From Naegleria gruberi (taxonomy: Eukaryota), in NCBI GenBank assembly GCA_000004985.1, contig GG738868.1: 64,000 nucleotides of DNA. The stretch is one strand, 5' to 3'. Shown here piece after piece: positions 29,719 through 40,023 of the stretch (within the stretch, counting starts at the first letter, position 1; each line of letters opens with the position of its first letter). The notes beneath the pieces were generated by a model. The model made no database searches. It saw nothing but the letters and a program-made list of their open reading frames with translations, and had not been told where the DNA came from. The position numbers and the translations under genes were made by a program.

Positions 29719-32700
29719 TTATTGTTTATTGAGTTTTACTTGTAGTTCAAGTTCTTTAATTCTTTGTAAAAGTTGATAATTTTCCTCAATTATTTGACTC
29801 TTTTCATTCATTGTTTGAGTGTTTTCTTCTAGTATTTGATTGTAGCTCTTCAAAGGTGCAACTGTTCTATATTCTTTCATACTTGTTTCAATATCTTTGA
29901 TAGTTATGTTTTTACCTTGTAAATGTTGAACAATATCAGAAAGAATTGTTTTGTGAGTCCAACAATTCAATCTTTTAGAGGAATCTCTTTGAATCATTGT
30001 AATTATGAATCTAATTAATAGAGTATTGACATTAAAACTTGAATCAATAGTTCTATTGATCAATTTGTCAATAGCATAATGTAATTTAGTTTCTCCTTCA
30101 ACAGTTGTTACAACTGAAAAGAAATGTTTACCATATCCAGTAAAATACTGATAGTTCTCATCATATTTCTTAATTTCAGAATCGCTAATAAATTGTTGAT
30201 CCAATTGTAAAGAGCAATTTGTTAATATTTTCAATAGAATACATCCTAATGAAAACAAATCGCACTGAACTGTAATTTTACCAACATTTTGAGCTAGTTT
30301 TTCGTCATCATTTTGTTTTAACAATTCATCACTATAATTATCATATGAAACTTCAGGTGGCATGTATGAGGCCTTGCCTCGTGCAATAGTGATTGAATGA
30401 CCTGTCTTGATTACTTTAGCAGTGTCAAAATCAATGATTTTGTACTTGTCTTTCACCTTAACTATATTCTTTGGATCTAAATCTCTATGAGAAATGTTAT
30501 GGTCATGAATTGATTTTACAGAATCTAAAATTTTGATAAATATACTAAGGAATTCAATAAGTTTTTCTCTTGTTATATTTGCAGAATTTTGGTAGAGTGT
30601 TACATTTCTATTAATATAATCTAATAGGGTTTCTTCTCCTAATTCCATTACTGAGTACATGTAATTATCAATTAGTTCACATTCGTAACATATAATTTTC
30701 CCCTCAATATCATTTCTTTTAATAAATTGAACTCTTTCAAGAGATGATTTCTGATCGAATTCTTTATCAAATTTAACTTTAACAGCAACCAATTCTTTTC
30801 TAATTCTATCAAACCCTTTGAATGCAACTCCTTCTCCTCCATATCCTAAAACTGATAATAAATGAAATTTCTTATTGAAAAACGAGTAGTACTGATCTAT
30901 AATTTTGATTATTTTTGAAGAATCTCCAAATAGTTCATTATATTTTGTTAATGTTTTCTTGTAGTTGTCAAATGAAGAGCTGTTTTCAGTCCAACGAGAG
31001 AAAAAGTACAATATCATTTCTACATCTTTTGCTGAATAATATGATGTCTCGAATATGGATGAAATACTATCAACTTGCTTTCTCAGATTTGAAATAGGGG
31101 TTGGAATAATCTCACTTTCATTTTCTTCCAAAAATCTAGTTAATAATAAGCAAAACAGATGATAGTCAACTGATTCAAAAGTAGAAGCTTTGGTAAATGG
31201 ATGTTTTGATACTATATTTTTCACAATTTGCAAAATAATTAACTTGGTTATGAAATCAGCAGAGTATTTGGCACTAAATAACTTGAGAATTGGTTTTGGA
31301 AAAGTTTCATGTAAATCCAAGCAATAAAATAAATAACTTTCATCACAATACTTGTTTGAATACATTCCAACAATGTCCTTAGAAAGCTTTGTAGTCATTG
31401 GATCATTAGATTTTTCAATAAAATTAAATAACAAAGAGTTGATTTGATTAGCTCTTGTGGGATTAGTTTTTGTAAGTAAGTGGAAGAATGTTGTATCTGA
31501 AAGTAAGTGTGTATCTATGAAATCAATTGCAGTTGGGGTTTGTTTAACAGCTTCTAAAATTATATCCCTATCTTGAAGTAATGACTCGTCAATAAATAAA
31601 TACAGTTCACCATCTTGTTTCAAAGCTTCCAATACTATTTCTCTGTCTTTTGTTAATGTTTCGTCTGCATAGTAGAATGCTGTGCTATTTTGTTTTACAG
31701 CTTCCAACACGATTTTTCTATCCTTCCTCAATGAATCATCGGCATATCTAAGTACTTCTCCATTTTGTTTAACAGCTTCCATTACAATTTGCTTATCCCT
31801 TCTCAATGATTCATCAACTTGCTCAAGAGTATTTCCATTTTGTTTAACAGCCGCCAACGCAATTTGCTTATCTTTTTTAAAGGACTCATCTGTTGAAATT
31901 ACATCGCCATTCAATTTAACAGCTTCTAACACAAATTTTCTATCCTTCCTCAATGAATCATCTGCATATCTAAGTGCGTAGCCATTTTGTTTAATAGCTT
32001 CCAATACTAATTCTCTATCCCTTTTGAATGATTCATTGGCATAGTCAAGTGCGTAGCCATTTTGTTTAACTGCCTTCAAGACAATATCTCTGGTTTGTTC
32101 AAAGTTTGAAAAGGCGAAGTTTGTAAATAGCCTTAAAGCTTCTCCATTAGATTCAATTGCTTCCAAAATAAAGTCTGTGTTATATTTAAGCGAATCATCA
32201 ATAAAATCAAGAGCTTTTACATTTTTCTTTGTGGCCTCCAACACAATTTCTCTATTTTTAAAAAGTGAATGGTTTGTGTTTTTGAAAGGTAATCCATTTC
32301 GAATAGCTTGGATAACAATTTCTCTATCAATATTCATGGAAATATCAGATAGTTTAACACCATCTTGCTTGATAGCATTCAATTCAATTTCCTTTTTCAA
32401 TTTTTCAGCAATGGTAATATAGGCCAGGCCGTTTTGTTTAACAGCTTCCAATATAAACTGTCTATCACTTCTAAATGAACTATCTGCAAGTCTAAGTGCA
32501 CAGCCATTTTGTTTAATAGCTTCCCTAACAATTTCAATGTCTTGTTTGAATGATGCATCTATATACGGCAATGCTTCACCATTTAATTTCACAGCTTCCA
32601 ATACGAATGCTCTGTCTTTCTTAAATGACGAATCAGCATGACTGAATGCACTTCCCTTTTGTTTAATTGCCATCAGTACTATATTTCTATCGTTTTTAAA

Positions 32701-33048
32701 TGAATTGTCAGCAAACTGTAATGCAGTGCCATCCTGCTTAATGGCTGCCAACACAATTCTTCTGTCTCTTTTAAGAGTTTCGTCTGCAATCTCTAGTATT
32801 TGGCCATAGTTTTGTTTGATGGCTTCCAAAACTAAACCTCTATCTTTCCACAGTGATGGATCGGCATAAGATAATGTGTGACCATGTTTTTTAACTGACG
32901 CCATCACAATTTCTCGATTCGCCTTTAATGAAGAATGTGCATATAAAAGTGAGAGCGAACAATCTTGTTTAATACCTTGTAAAATGTATTTTTTATCTTT
33001 TTGCAACTTTTCATCGTTCATAAGTGATGAAACATCATACTCTTTCAT
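29719..33048 (-). CDS. Giant DUF4116-repeat protein (about 25 tandem ~36-aa repeats) fused to a C-terminal Ser/Thr protein kinase domain
   Basis: ATG at 33048. Repeats of the form ..DR.IVLEAVKQNG.AL.YADDSLRKDR.. across residues ~20-520. Kinase domain with LGYGGEGVAF (Gly loop), VAVKVK (VAIK), HRDLDPKNIV (catalytic loop), IIDFDTAKV (DFG variant), SYMPPE (APE-like). C-terminal coiled coil. Confidence 0.75.
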   Translation of the reverse strand: MKEYDVSSLMNDEKLQKDKKYILQGIKQDCSLSLLYAHSSLKANREIVMASVKKHGHTLSYADPSLWKDRGLVLEAIKQNYGQILEIADETLKRDRRIVLAAIKQDGTALQFADNSFKNDRNIVLMAIKQKGSAFSHADSSFKKDRAFVLEAVKLNGEALPYIDASFKQDIEIVREAIKQNGCALRLADSSFRSDRQFILEAVKQNGLAYITIAEKLKKEIELNAIKQDGVKLSDISMNIDREIVIQAIRNGLPFKNTNHSLFKNREIVLEATKKNVKALDFIDDSLKYNTDFILEAIESNGEALRLFTNFAFSNFEQTRDIVLKAVKQNGYALDYANESFKRDRELVLEAIKQNGYALRYADDSLRKDRKFVLEAVKLNGDVISTDESFKKDKQIALAAVKQNGNTLEQVDESLRRDKQIVMEAVKQNGEVLRYADDSLRKDRKIVLEAVKQNSTAFYYADETLTKDREIVLEALKQDGELYLFIDESLLQDRDIILEAVKQTPTAIDFIDTHLLSDTTFFHLLTKTNPTRANQINSLLFNFIEKSNDPMTTKLSKDIVGMYSNKYCDESYLFYCLDLHETFPKPILKLFSAKYSADFITKLIILQIVKNIVSKHPFTKASTFESVDYHLFCLLLTRFLEENESEIIPTPISNLRKQVDSISSIFETSYYSAKDVEMILYFFSRWTENSSSFDNYKKTLTKYNELFGDSSKIIKIIDQYYSFFNKKFHLLSVLGYGGEGVAFKGFDRIRKELVAVKVKFDKEFDQKSSLERVQFIKRNDIEGKIICYECELIDNYMYSVMELGEETLLDYINRNVTLYQNSANITREKLIEFLSIFIKILDSVKSIHDHNISHRDLDPKNIVKVKDKYKIIDFDTAKVIKTGHSITIARGKASYMPPEVSYDNYSDELLKQNDDEKLAQNVGKITVQCDLFSLGCILLKILTNCSLQLDQQFISDSEIKKYDENYQYFTGYGKHFFSVVTTVEGETKLHYAIDKLINRTIDSSFNVNTLLIRFIITMIQRDSSKRLNCWTHKTILSDIVQHLQGKNITIKDIETSMKEYRTVAPLKSYNQILEENTQTMNEKSQIIEENYQLLQRIKELELQVKLNKQ
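31490..32990 (-). repeat. Tandem array of ~108-nt coding repeats (DUF4116 units) inside the 29719..33048 gene
   Basis: The reverse-strand ORF 31682..31981 shows a periodic shadow translation (..FCLTASNT.FLSFLNESS..). The protein shows ~36-aa periodicity over ~500 residues. Confidence 0.6.
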
Positions 33049-33147
33049 TCTTCTTATTTTTTGATTTTAATCATCACGTTTGACACAATAATTTTCATTC
33101 GAACGAGAAAACAGATTTCTTTGGAGAATTAAACAAAACAATAAAAA

Positions 33148-33912
33148 ATGGGACAAAATCAAGGCTCACCATCATCTGGACAATTAATAAATATTCCATC
33201 GTTATCAAAAGATTTATTAGATAAATTGGCTCATCAGACACATTATGATAAGAAGGAAATTAAACAATTACATACTCAATTCTATTCCGAAGTACCTAAT
33301 GGGGCTATACCTAAAGAGGTTGGTTTTTTAGATCATCAATTTTTAATTTTATTGTGATAGGATTTTTGTCAATTAACGGAATTGATGGGAATTAAAGATC
33401 CATTCATAACTTCATTGGTATTTAATGCTTTTGATAGAAATTGTGATTCGAGTATTTCATTTGATGAGTTTTTGATATCGATGAGTATAATGACAAGGTA
33501 GGTTTGATTAGTTTCGAATAATTGATTAAAATTATTCGAAAAGAGGAAATGCTGATGAAAAATTGGAATTTGCTTTCAAGTTATATGATCTCAATCATGA
33601 TGGATATATTTTGAAAAGTGAAATGACAAGAATTGTAACAGCTCTTTATCAAATGTTGGGTGATTTACTGACATTGCAAGGTGATTTTGGTGGGTTTTAT
33701 TGGAATTTATTTGATTAATTTTATTATGATTTCAGATAAACCTTCAAAACTTGTAGATAAAATCTTTGAGGAAATGGACACAAATAGAGATGGAAAATTG
33801 GTATGTATTTTGGAATACGAATGTTAACTAATTTACAAAATAGACTTTTGAGGAATATAAAATTGGAGCAAAGAAATGCCCAGAAATTGTAAATGGACTA
33901 GCACTTTTCTAA
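33148..33912 (+). CDS. N-myristoylated EF-hand calcium sensor of the NCS/recoverin/frequenin family, 5 exons: 33148..33318, 33361..33497, 33544..33680, 33736..33800, 33844..33912
   Basis: MGQNQGS.. (G2 and small residue at position 6, myristoylation consensus). The spliced product aligns with NCS-1 throughout: ..KKEIKQLHTQFYSEVPNGAIPKE|DFCQLTELMGIKDPFITSLVFNAFDRNCDSSISFDEFLISMSIMTR|GNADEKLEFAFKLYDLNHDGYILKSEMTRIVTALYQMLGDLLTLQ|DKPSKLVDKIFEEMDTNRDGKL|TFEEYKIGAKKCPEIVNGLALF. Introns are 42, 46, 55 and 43 nt, all GT..AG (donors GTTGGT, GTAGGT, GTGATT, GTATGT). Confidence 0.85.
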
Positions 33913-33939
33913 ATAAATTATTGTAAATTATTCTTGTAA

Positions 33940-35319
33940 TCATTCTCTGGATAATTGAAAGAGTGAAAACAAAGAAATTGGATAAATTTCATCACCATCC
34001 ACGATTAAATTACCTGAATCATGAAGAGCTCCGAGTTGTTGCTTAAAGTTAGATGGAATTGGCTCTTCCTGCAGGGCTATCCACAACTTCATGGCTTCAG
34101 AATACTTCAATGGAGTGAAAGATTCCAAATTGGCCTTTCTCACCTTATTCATATCGAGTTCAATATTTTCCTTAGAAAGTGAGAAATCAAATAATCTTGC
34201 CAATATTCCTCTATTATCTGAACAAAGTGATTCAAAAAATTCAGTATTGATTTCCAACATTTTCTTTGTAATTTCTAAAAGGAATTGATTTGAATCATCA
34301 CCAAGCTTGTGAGAATCAGAGATGGAGTAGGAAATATCCAACTCTTCCATCACTAACAATTTGCTTATTTCCCTCATGTTTCCTCCTGTGAGGAAGGTTA
34401 TCTCATTGGCTCTTCCTGATTTACATTTCAGGAACTCTTCAATATTCTTTGAGTTGGTTGGTTTCACAGAAGGGAGTCTAATTTCCAAGAACTTGCTTGG
34501 GGAGAATGCACGTTCTGATTTGAATGGAATGTTGACTTCAGATGAAGGAATGAAATTGGAACAGCTTAGAGTTACGGGAATTCTTCCACTGGAATCCCCT
34601 GCAAGAGTGGACAACCAGGCAATATGAGCATGTGCTTTTGGAAAGTCTTTGGTGTTCAATTCATAAACTTTCTCAACATTGTCAATTATTAACATTAAAT
34701 ACTTGTCGCTTGATTCGAGAAGGGTTGACAATTCATGAAGCTTATCACTATAACCTGACTTTTTTCTCTTCAACGAATGTTCCCTTTCCAATTCACTGAA
34801 AATCAAATCAATTGGTACAGTTTTCTTAAAGCTCTCATTTCCACAAATATGTTCGTATGTTAAATAAATTGGAATAACCTTAGGGTGGAAAACTTGGCAT
34901 GATTGAACAAAGTTTTTGTAGGTCATACTCTTTCCAATTCCTGAATTACCAACAAGAATGATATTGCTCACTCCAGTCTTTCGTACGAAATAACCACTTT
35001 CCAATAAGAAAGCTCGATGGGAAAGTTGCTTAAAGATAGAAGCATGAACAGGAGTATTCGCAATCTCGCTAACAGTAGAAGGATACTTCTCCTTACATGA
35101 TTTAAACATCCTTCTCCATTCCTCAAAAGTTACTGTCTGACTGTTGTAAAATTGTTTAAGTTTCAAAGTCAATGGATTATTCCTATTGGCACTCATTAGA
35201 AAAGAAGACCATTTCGATCCAATAGATGATTCTGATTTGCTGTACATTCTTACCATTACCTTGGGCTTAATCATCCTCAACAGATGATTGGAAGTACAAA
35301 GTTTGTGAGTTTTGAACAT
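33940..35319 (-). CDS. P-loop NTPase-domain protein (Walker A GNSGIGKS, Walker B-like LMLIIDNVE); STAND/AAA-like, function unknown
   Basis: ATG at 35319. ILVGNSGIGKSMTY and YLMLIIDNVEKVYE motifs. Basic N-terminus. Convergent with the NCS gene; only 27 nt separate the two stops. Confidence 0.5.
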   Translation of the reverse strand: MFKTHKLCTSNHLLRMIKPKVMVRMYSKSESSIGSKWSSFLMSANRNNPLTLKLKQFYNSQTVTFEEWRRMFKSCKEKYPSTVSEIANTPVHASIFKQLSHRAFLLESGYFVRKTGVSNIILVGNSGIGKSMTYKNFVQSCQVFHPKVIPIYLTYEHICGNESFKKTVPIDLIFSELEREHSLKRKKSGYSDKLHELSTLLESSDKYLMLIIDNVEKVYELNTKDFPKAHAHIAWLSTLAGDSSGRIPVTLSCSNFIPSSEVNIPFKSERAFSPSKFLEIRLPSVKPTNSKNIEEFLKCKSGRANEITFLTGGNMREISKLLVMEELDISYSISDSHKLGDDSNQFLLEITKKMLEINTEFFESLCSDNRGILARLFDFSLSKENIELDMNKVRKANLESFTPLKYSEAMKLWIALQEEPIPSNFKQQLGALHDSGNLIVDGDEIYPISLFSLFQLSRE

Positions 35320-35665
35320 TTTTTTGTTAATACTTGAGGAAAATCTTAATATGTGAATTTCCTTATAAATAATGAAAGATGCTTAACTGGACACATCAAA
35401 GCTAGTTCCTCAATTAATTGAATCAATAGTCCCAACTAAACTTTGCTAAATGCTTTCACCTGGCTTTATTAATAATTACTTTTGACTTGAGTAAGCTTGG
35501 ATAAACTTGTTGATCTAAAAAAAGATTCAAATTTCCAACAAGAAAAAATACATCAACCTGGTGTTTGGTGGATCCTATTAATAATACATTTTTAAAAAAA
35601 CACTTGTACATCAATCTTATTTCCTTGTGATCAACAAGATTTAAATAATATAATACAACATCATC

Positions 35666-37104
35666 ATGGGTAACGCACCGAGTGGAGGACAACAACCTTT
35701 CCAACTTCCTGGCGCTGGAAAAAAGCAGAATAAGGACGATAAGAAAAAGAAGAAGGAAAAGAAAAAGTTTGAACAACCAGTACCAACCCGTATTGGCAGA
35801 AAAAAGAGGAAAAAGGGTCCACAAATTGCTGAAAAGCTTCCAGAAGTTACACCAGTCTCAAAATGTAAACTTAGAATACTACGATTGGAAAGAGTTAAAG
35901 ACTATCTTACAATGGAAAAAGAATTTGTTACTAATCAAACAAAACTTTTGACTGCCCAAGAAAAGAGCAAGGATATGGAAGAGGAACGTAACATGGTCGA
36001 TGAATTAAGAGGATCACCAATGGCTGTAGGAACTCTTGAAGAAATTATTGATGATAACCATGCTATTGTTTCTAGCAGTGTTGGTCCTGAATTCTATGTT
36101 TCAATCCTTTCAATTGTTGATAAGGATCAATTGGAACCTGGTTGTAGTATTTTAATGCACAATAGATATTTGGCTGTTGTTGGTATTCTTCAAGATGAAG
36201 CCGATCCAATGGTCTCTGTCATGAAAGTCGATAAGGCTCCTCTCGAATCATATTCACAAATTGGTGGTTTGGAAGATCAAATCCAAGAAATCAAGGAAGC
36301 TGTCGAATTCCCATTAACACATCCAGAACTTTATGAAGATATTGGTATTAAACCACCAAAAGGTGTTATACTTTATGGTGAACCAGGTACAGGAAAGGTA
36401 TGTAGTAATTATTTATACAACAATGTATTAATCATCATCATTATACTTATATTATTGAATATGTATAATCATATTAGACACTTCTTGCCAAAGCTGTAGC
36501 CCATCACACCAGTGCTACTTTCTTGCGTGTTGTTGGTTCCGAACTCATTCAAAAGTATCTTGGTGAAGGTCCAAAACTTGTTCGTGAATTGTTTAGAGTT
36601 GCTGAAGAATTGGCTCCAAGTATTGTATTTATAGACGAAATTGATGCTATTGGTACAAAGAGATTTGATTCAACATCAGGAGGTGAACGTGAAATTCAAA
36701 GAACTATGCTTGAATTGCTTAACCAATTGGACGGTTTCGATTCCAGGGGTGACGTTAAGGTTATCATGGCCACTAACAGAATTGATTCTCTTGATACTGC
36801 TTTGATTAGACCTGGTAGAATTGATCGTAAGATTAAATTCCCATTCCCAGATGTTAAGACAAAGAGAAAGATCTTTGAAATTCACACTCGTAAGATGAGT
36901 AAGGCTACTGATGTAAATTTGGATGAATTTATTTCCTCAAAGGATGAATTGTCTGGTGCTGACATTAAAGCTATTTGTACAGAAGCAGGTTTGTTGGCTC
37001 TCAGAGAACGTAGACTCCAAGTTACTCAAACAGACTTTACAAAGGCCAAGGAAAAGGTTTTGTACAAAAAGCAACAAGGTATTCCAGAAGGTCTTTACAT
37101 TTAA
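35666..37104 (+). CDS. RPT2: 26S proteasome regulatory subunit Rpt2 (PSMC1 ortholog), 2 exons: 35666..36397 and 36478..37104 (80-nt intron, GTATGT...CATATTAG)
   Basis: [49 protein letters not shown].. (myristoylated Rpt2 N-terminus). AAA+ core [12 protein letters not shown]|[62 protein letters not shown].. split by one intron after GTGK. Near-identical to human PSMC1 over the ATPase domain. Confidence 0.93.
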
Positions 37105-37451
37105 ATCTACTACCTGCACCTAAAGTGTATAATAAAATTTATTGTATTGAATGTAATATTAACAAATTTCAATGACCTTGAACATTTAGTTAATGATTCA
37201 ATTTTGTTGTTATGTAATGCTATTAGAAAGATGAGGTGAATCATTTTCTTAGAACCAAATAGACGAATAATCGTAAGCGAGCAGATATCAACAAATTGAG
37301 AATGTGAAACTATTGTTACTAGCTCAACAACATCCAAGTCAACCTTTAAAGTTCTCCAACATGACCTAACAGCGATACAAAAGTTAATATTGAAATCCTT
37401 TACAATGAGTTTGTATTTCTTTAAAATCTTCCGCCCAAAAACTACAAAAAA

Positions 37452-37756
37452 ATGAGTCATCCTTCCACACCACAAAACGGCACCTCAAGACAACGCTTAT
37501 TTCTGGGTACTCTTGATCCGATTGAATATTTGGATCAGACACTTGTGACAGCACATTTGAAGAATGCTCTCACTCAAGGTATGTTGTTTAGAGTTGATCT
37601 TATGATTGAACTTATTTCTAATAGTGTTGGAGGTGAAACCTGATGATCCTTTGGAATTTCTTGCAGAATAGTAAGTGTTGAAGTGTATGGATGTATTTGT
37701 TTATTCATTAAATTAGCTTTTCGGAAGTGAACATCGAAAAGAAAACTCATCCTTGA
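37452..37756 (+). CDS. DPY-30-domain protein (69 aa), 3 exons: 37452..37578, 37625..37670, 37717..37756; both introns exactly 46 nt
   Basis: The spliced product MSHPSTPQNGTSRQRLFLGTLDPIEYLDQTLVTAHLKNALTQ|VLEVKPDDPLEFLAE|YFSEVNIEKKTHP matches the DPY-30 dimerisation motif (..[38 protein letters not shown]). Donors GTATGT and GTAAGT. Acceptors CTAATAG and AAATTAG. Confidence 0.65.
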
Positions 37757-37895
37757 AGACACTCGCTCCATTGGTTTTCATCAACAGAAAATAGATGAAA
37801 ACCAGAAATTGGAACGATCTAAAAATTTGCTTACCGTTACAATTTCCATCAACTCTAATTTTCCAAAAAATAGAGGAAATAAATTATTAAAAAAA

Positions 37896-38963
37896 ATGTG
37901 TGGAAGAAGTAACCTCTCTTTACCTCCTCAACGCTTGAGAAATGCCGCAGCACCACATATCGGAGCAAATTTAAACACTACCCTGTGGGTCAATCAAGCT
38001 CTCTACCAACCAAATTTTAATTTAACCACTGGAGCTCACTTGCCACTTTTCTTTGTTGACAAGAATTTAAACGATCAAGAAAAGGACATAAAAAAGGAGG
38101 TTCCTGACAGTTGTGATAAGAAGAAATTAATTAAATTGGAGGCACAAGTTAAAATAGAAGAGCCAACATTGGCTACTAAAATCAAGGACGAATTTGTTGA
38201 AGTGAAGAAAGAAGATAACCAATCGAATATTATTCTAAAATCGGAAGAAATTGTAAAGAAGGAAGAATTGGAAACTATTGAAGGACTATGTATAAGAACA
38301 ATGAATTGGGGAATGTACTCACAAAAGGCCAAGGCGTTTTCAATGAATATTAGATCAGAATCAGTTGCTGAAAAGTTTGGATCCATTTTGAGAAGAAATA
38401 GAGCTATTTTATTTGTTGAAGGATTTTATGAATGGAAGAGTTCTACAAGTGGAGGAAAGGGTCAACCTTATTATATTCATCCAAAACAAAAGGGCAGTCT
38501 GATATGTTTGGCATGTTTATTTGATAAGAAGAAAGGAGAGTCAGGAGATGATTATCAATTTTCAGTATTGACTGTTGATGCTGACAAGACATTCTCACAA
38601 ATACATCACAGAATGCCAGCCATTCTTACAAACATTGAGGATGTAAGAAAATGGTTAGGTATCTCACCAATCAAGGAAGAAAATCAACTACAGTCTCTTC
38701 TCTCCCTCTTGAAACCTTATGAATTTTCACAACACCTTGAAATGTACAAGGTTTCAGATTTTGTAAATAGCACTGCCAACAATACCTCCAAATGTATCAA
38801 ACCACTCTCTGAAATTCAACAAGGAAAAGGAAGCTTACATTCCTTCTTTAAACCTCTATCAAAGAAAGCCCCAGCAGAAAAACGTGTCAAAGACGAAACT
38901 GAAGATTCCTCTTCACATCCATCCTCAAAGAAAATCAAATCAGAACCAATAGAAATTGATTAA
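37896..38963 (+). CDS. HMCES: SRAP-domain protein (HMCES/YedK family abasic-site sensor) with a ~70-aa Lys/Glu-rich insertion
   Basis: Begins MCGRSNL.. (catalytic Cys2 after Met removal, hallmark of SRAP). Conserved blocks ..[12 protein letters not shown].., ..[25 protein letters not shown].. and ..[22 protein letters not shown].. align with human HMCES (..APMRWGLVPSW.., ..RRCVVLADGFYEWQ..QPYFIY.., ..[22 protein letters not shown]). Track ORF start 37809 is a TTG. Confidence 0.85.
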   Translation: [355 protein letters not shown]

Positions 38964-39141
38964 CTCAATAAACCATGCATTTTATCAATCGCAAGAAATA
39001 CAAAAATCAGACGGTCAACCCCTCTTTATTGTAAACCAAGACATTCAAAGCTGAGATTGAAAGTTTGAAACTCTGCACATTTAATAATAGAAAAAAATAT
39101 CTGGATATCGAAACTAGGCCACACACTTTTAATTTTTAAAA

Positions 39142-39864
39142 ATGAACTTTCAAGCTATTCATCAATCATCCTCTTCCTCTACCTCATCAGGATCATCATC
39201 GGAAAAGAAAAGAGGTGGTAGAAGAGAAATGGGAGAAACAGAAAAAGTTTCCCGAGCACTTTCTAAATTATTGAGACATAAAGCCGATAAAACTAAAGGA
39301 ATTAATTTGAGAGCTGATGGATATGTTCTCATTCGTGAAATTCTTGCATTGAAGGATTTTAAAGGAGTCACTCAACAAATGATTGAAGAATGTGTAAAGA
39401 ATAATGATAAACAAAGATTTAACATGACACAAGATGCCACCACAGGAGAATATATTATTAGAGCTAATCAAGGACATACCATTGCTGTTGAAGTGGAAAT
39501 GGAAGAAATTGATTCACCATCTAAATTGGGAGAATATGCCAATACAGTCATGCATGGAACTTATCATGATGCCTATGATAAAATTGTGCAATCTGGTGGC
39601 CTATCAAGAATGTCAAGACAACACATTCACTTTGCAATTGGAGAACCAGAGGAAGGTCACGTTATTTCTGGTATGAGAAAGAGTGCAGAAGTTTGTTTCT
39701 TTTTAGATGTACAAAAGACCATTGATGAAGGTATTAAATTACTCAAATCATCCAATGGAGTTATCCTCTCACCAGGTAATGATAAGGGACTCATTCCAAT
39801 GCATTGTTTCTCTCAAATTATCGATAGAAAGACAAGAAAAGTACTCTACACTAACAAACCATAA
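39142..39864 (+). CDS. TPT1: tRNA 2'-phosphotransferase Tpt1/KptA
   Basis: ATG at 39142. ..VSRALSKLLRHKADKTKGINLRADGYVLIREILALKDF.., ..NNDKQRFNMTQD..YIIRANQGHTIAVEV.., ..HGTYHDAYDKIVQSGGLSRMSRQHIHFAIGE..HVISGMRKSAEVCFFLDVQKTIDEGIKLLKSSNGVILSPG... Matches the Tpt1 family signature (HxR, RANQGHS, R.HIH). Confidence 0.85.
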   Translation: MNFQAIHQSSSSSTSSGSSSEKKRGGRREMGETEKVSRALSKLLRHKADKTKGINLRADGYVLIREILALKDFKGVTQQMIEECVKNNDKQRFNMTQDATTGEYIIRANQGHTIAVEVEMEEIDSPSKLGEYANTVMHGTYHDAYDKIVQSGGLSRMSRQHIHFAIGEPEEGHVISGMRKSAEVCFFLDVQKTIDEGIKLLKSSNGVILSPGNDKGLIPMHCFSQIIDRKTRKVLYTNKP

Positions 39865-40023
39865 ATAAATGTTCCATTTGGTCAACCAATTCAATTGAAT
39901 CATTGTAATCATTCGCAGTTAGCAAATAAATGGACTAATTAACATTGCAACCAATCAACTGTGCATGTAACCCATATTGATAATATCATTACGGTAAACA
40001 CTTCATATTGGTTATAAAAAAAA

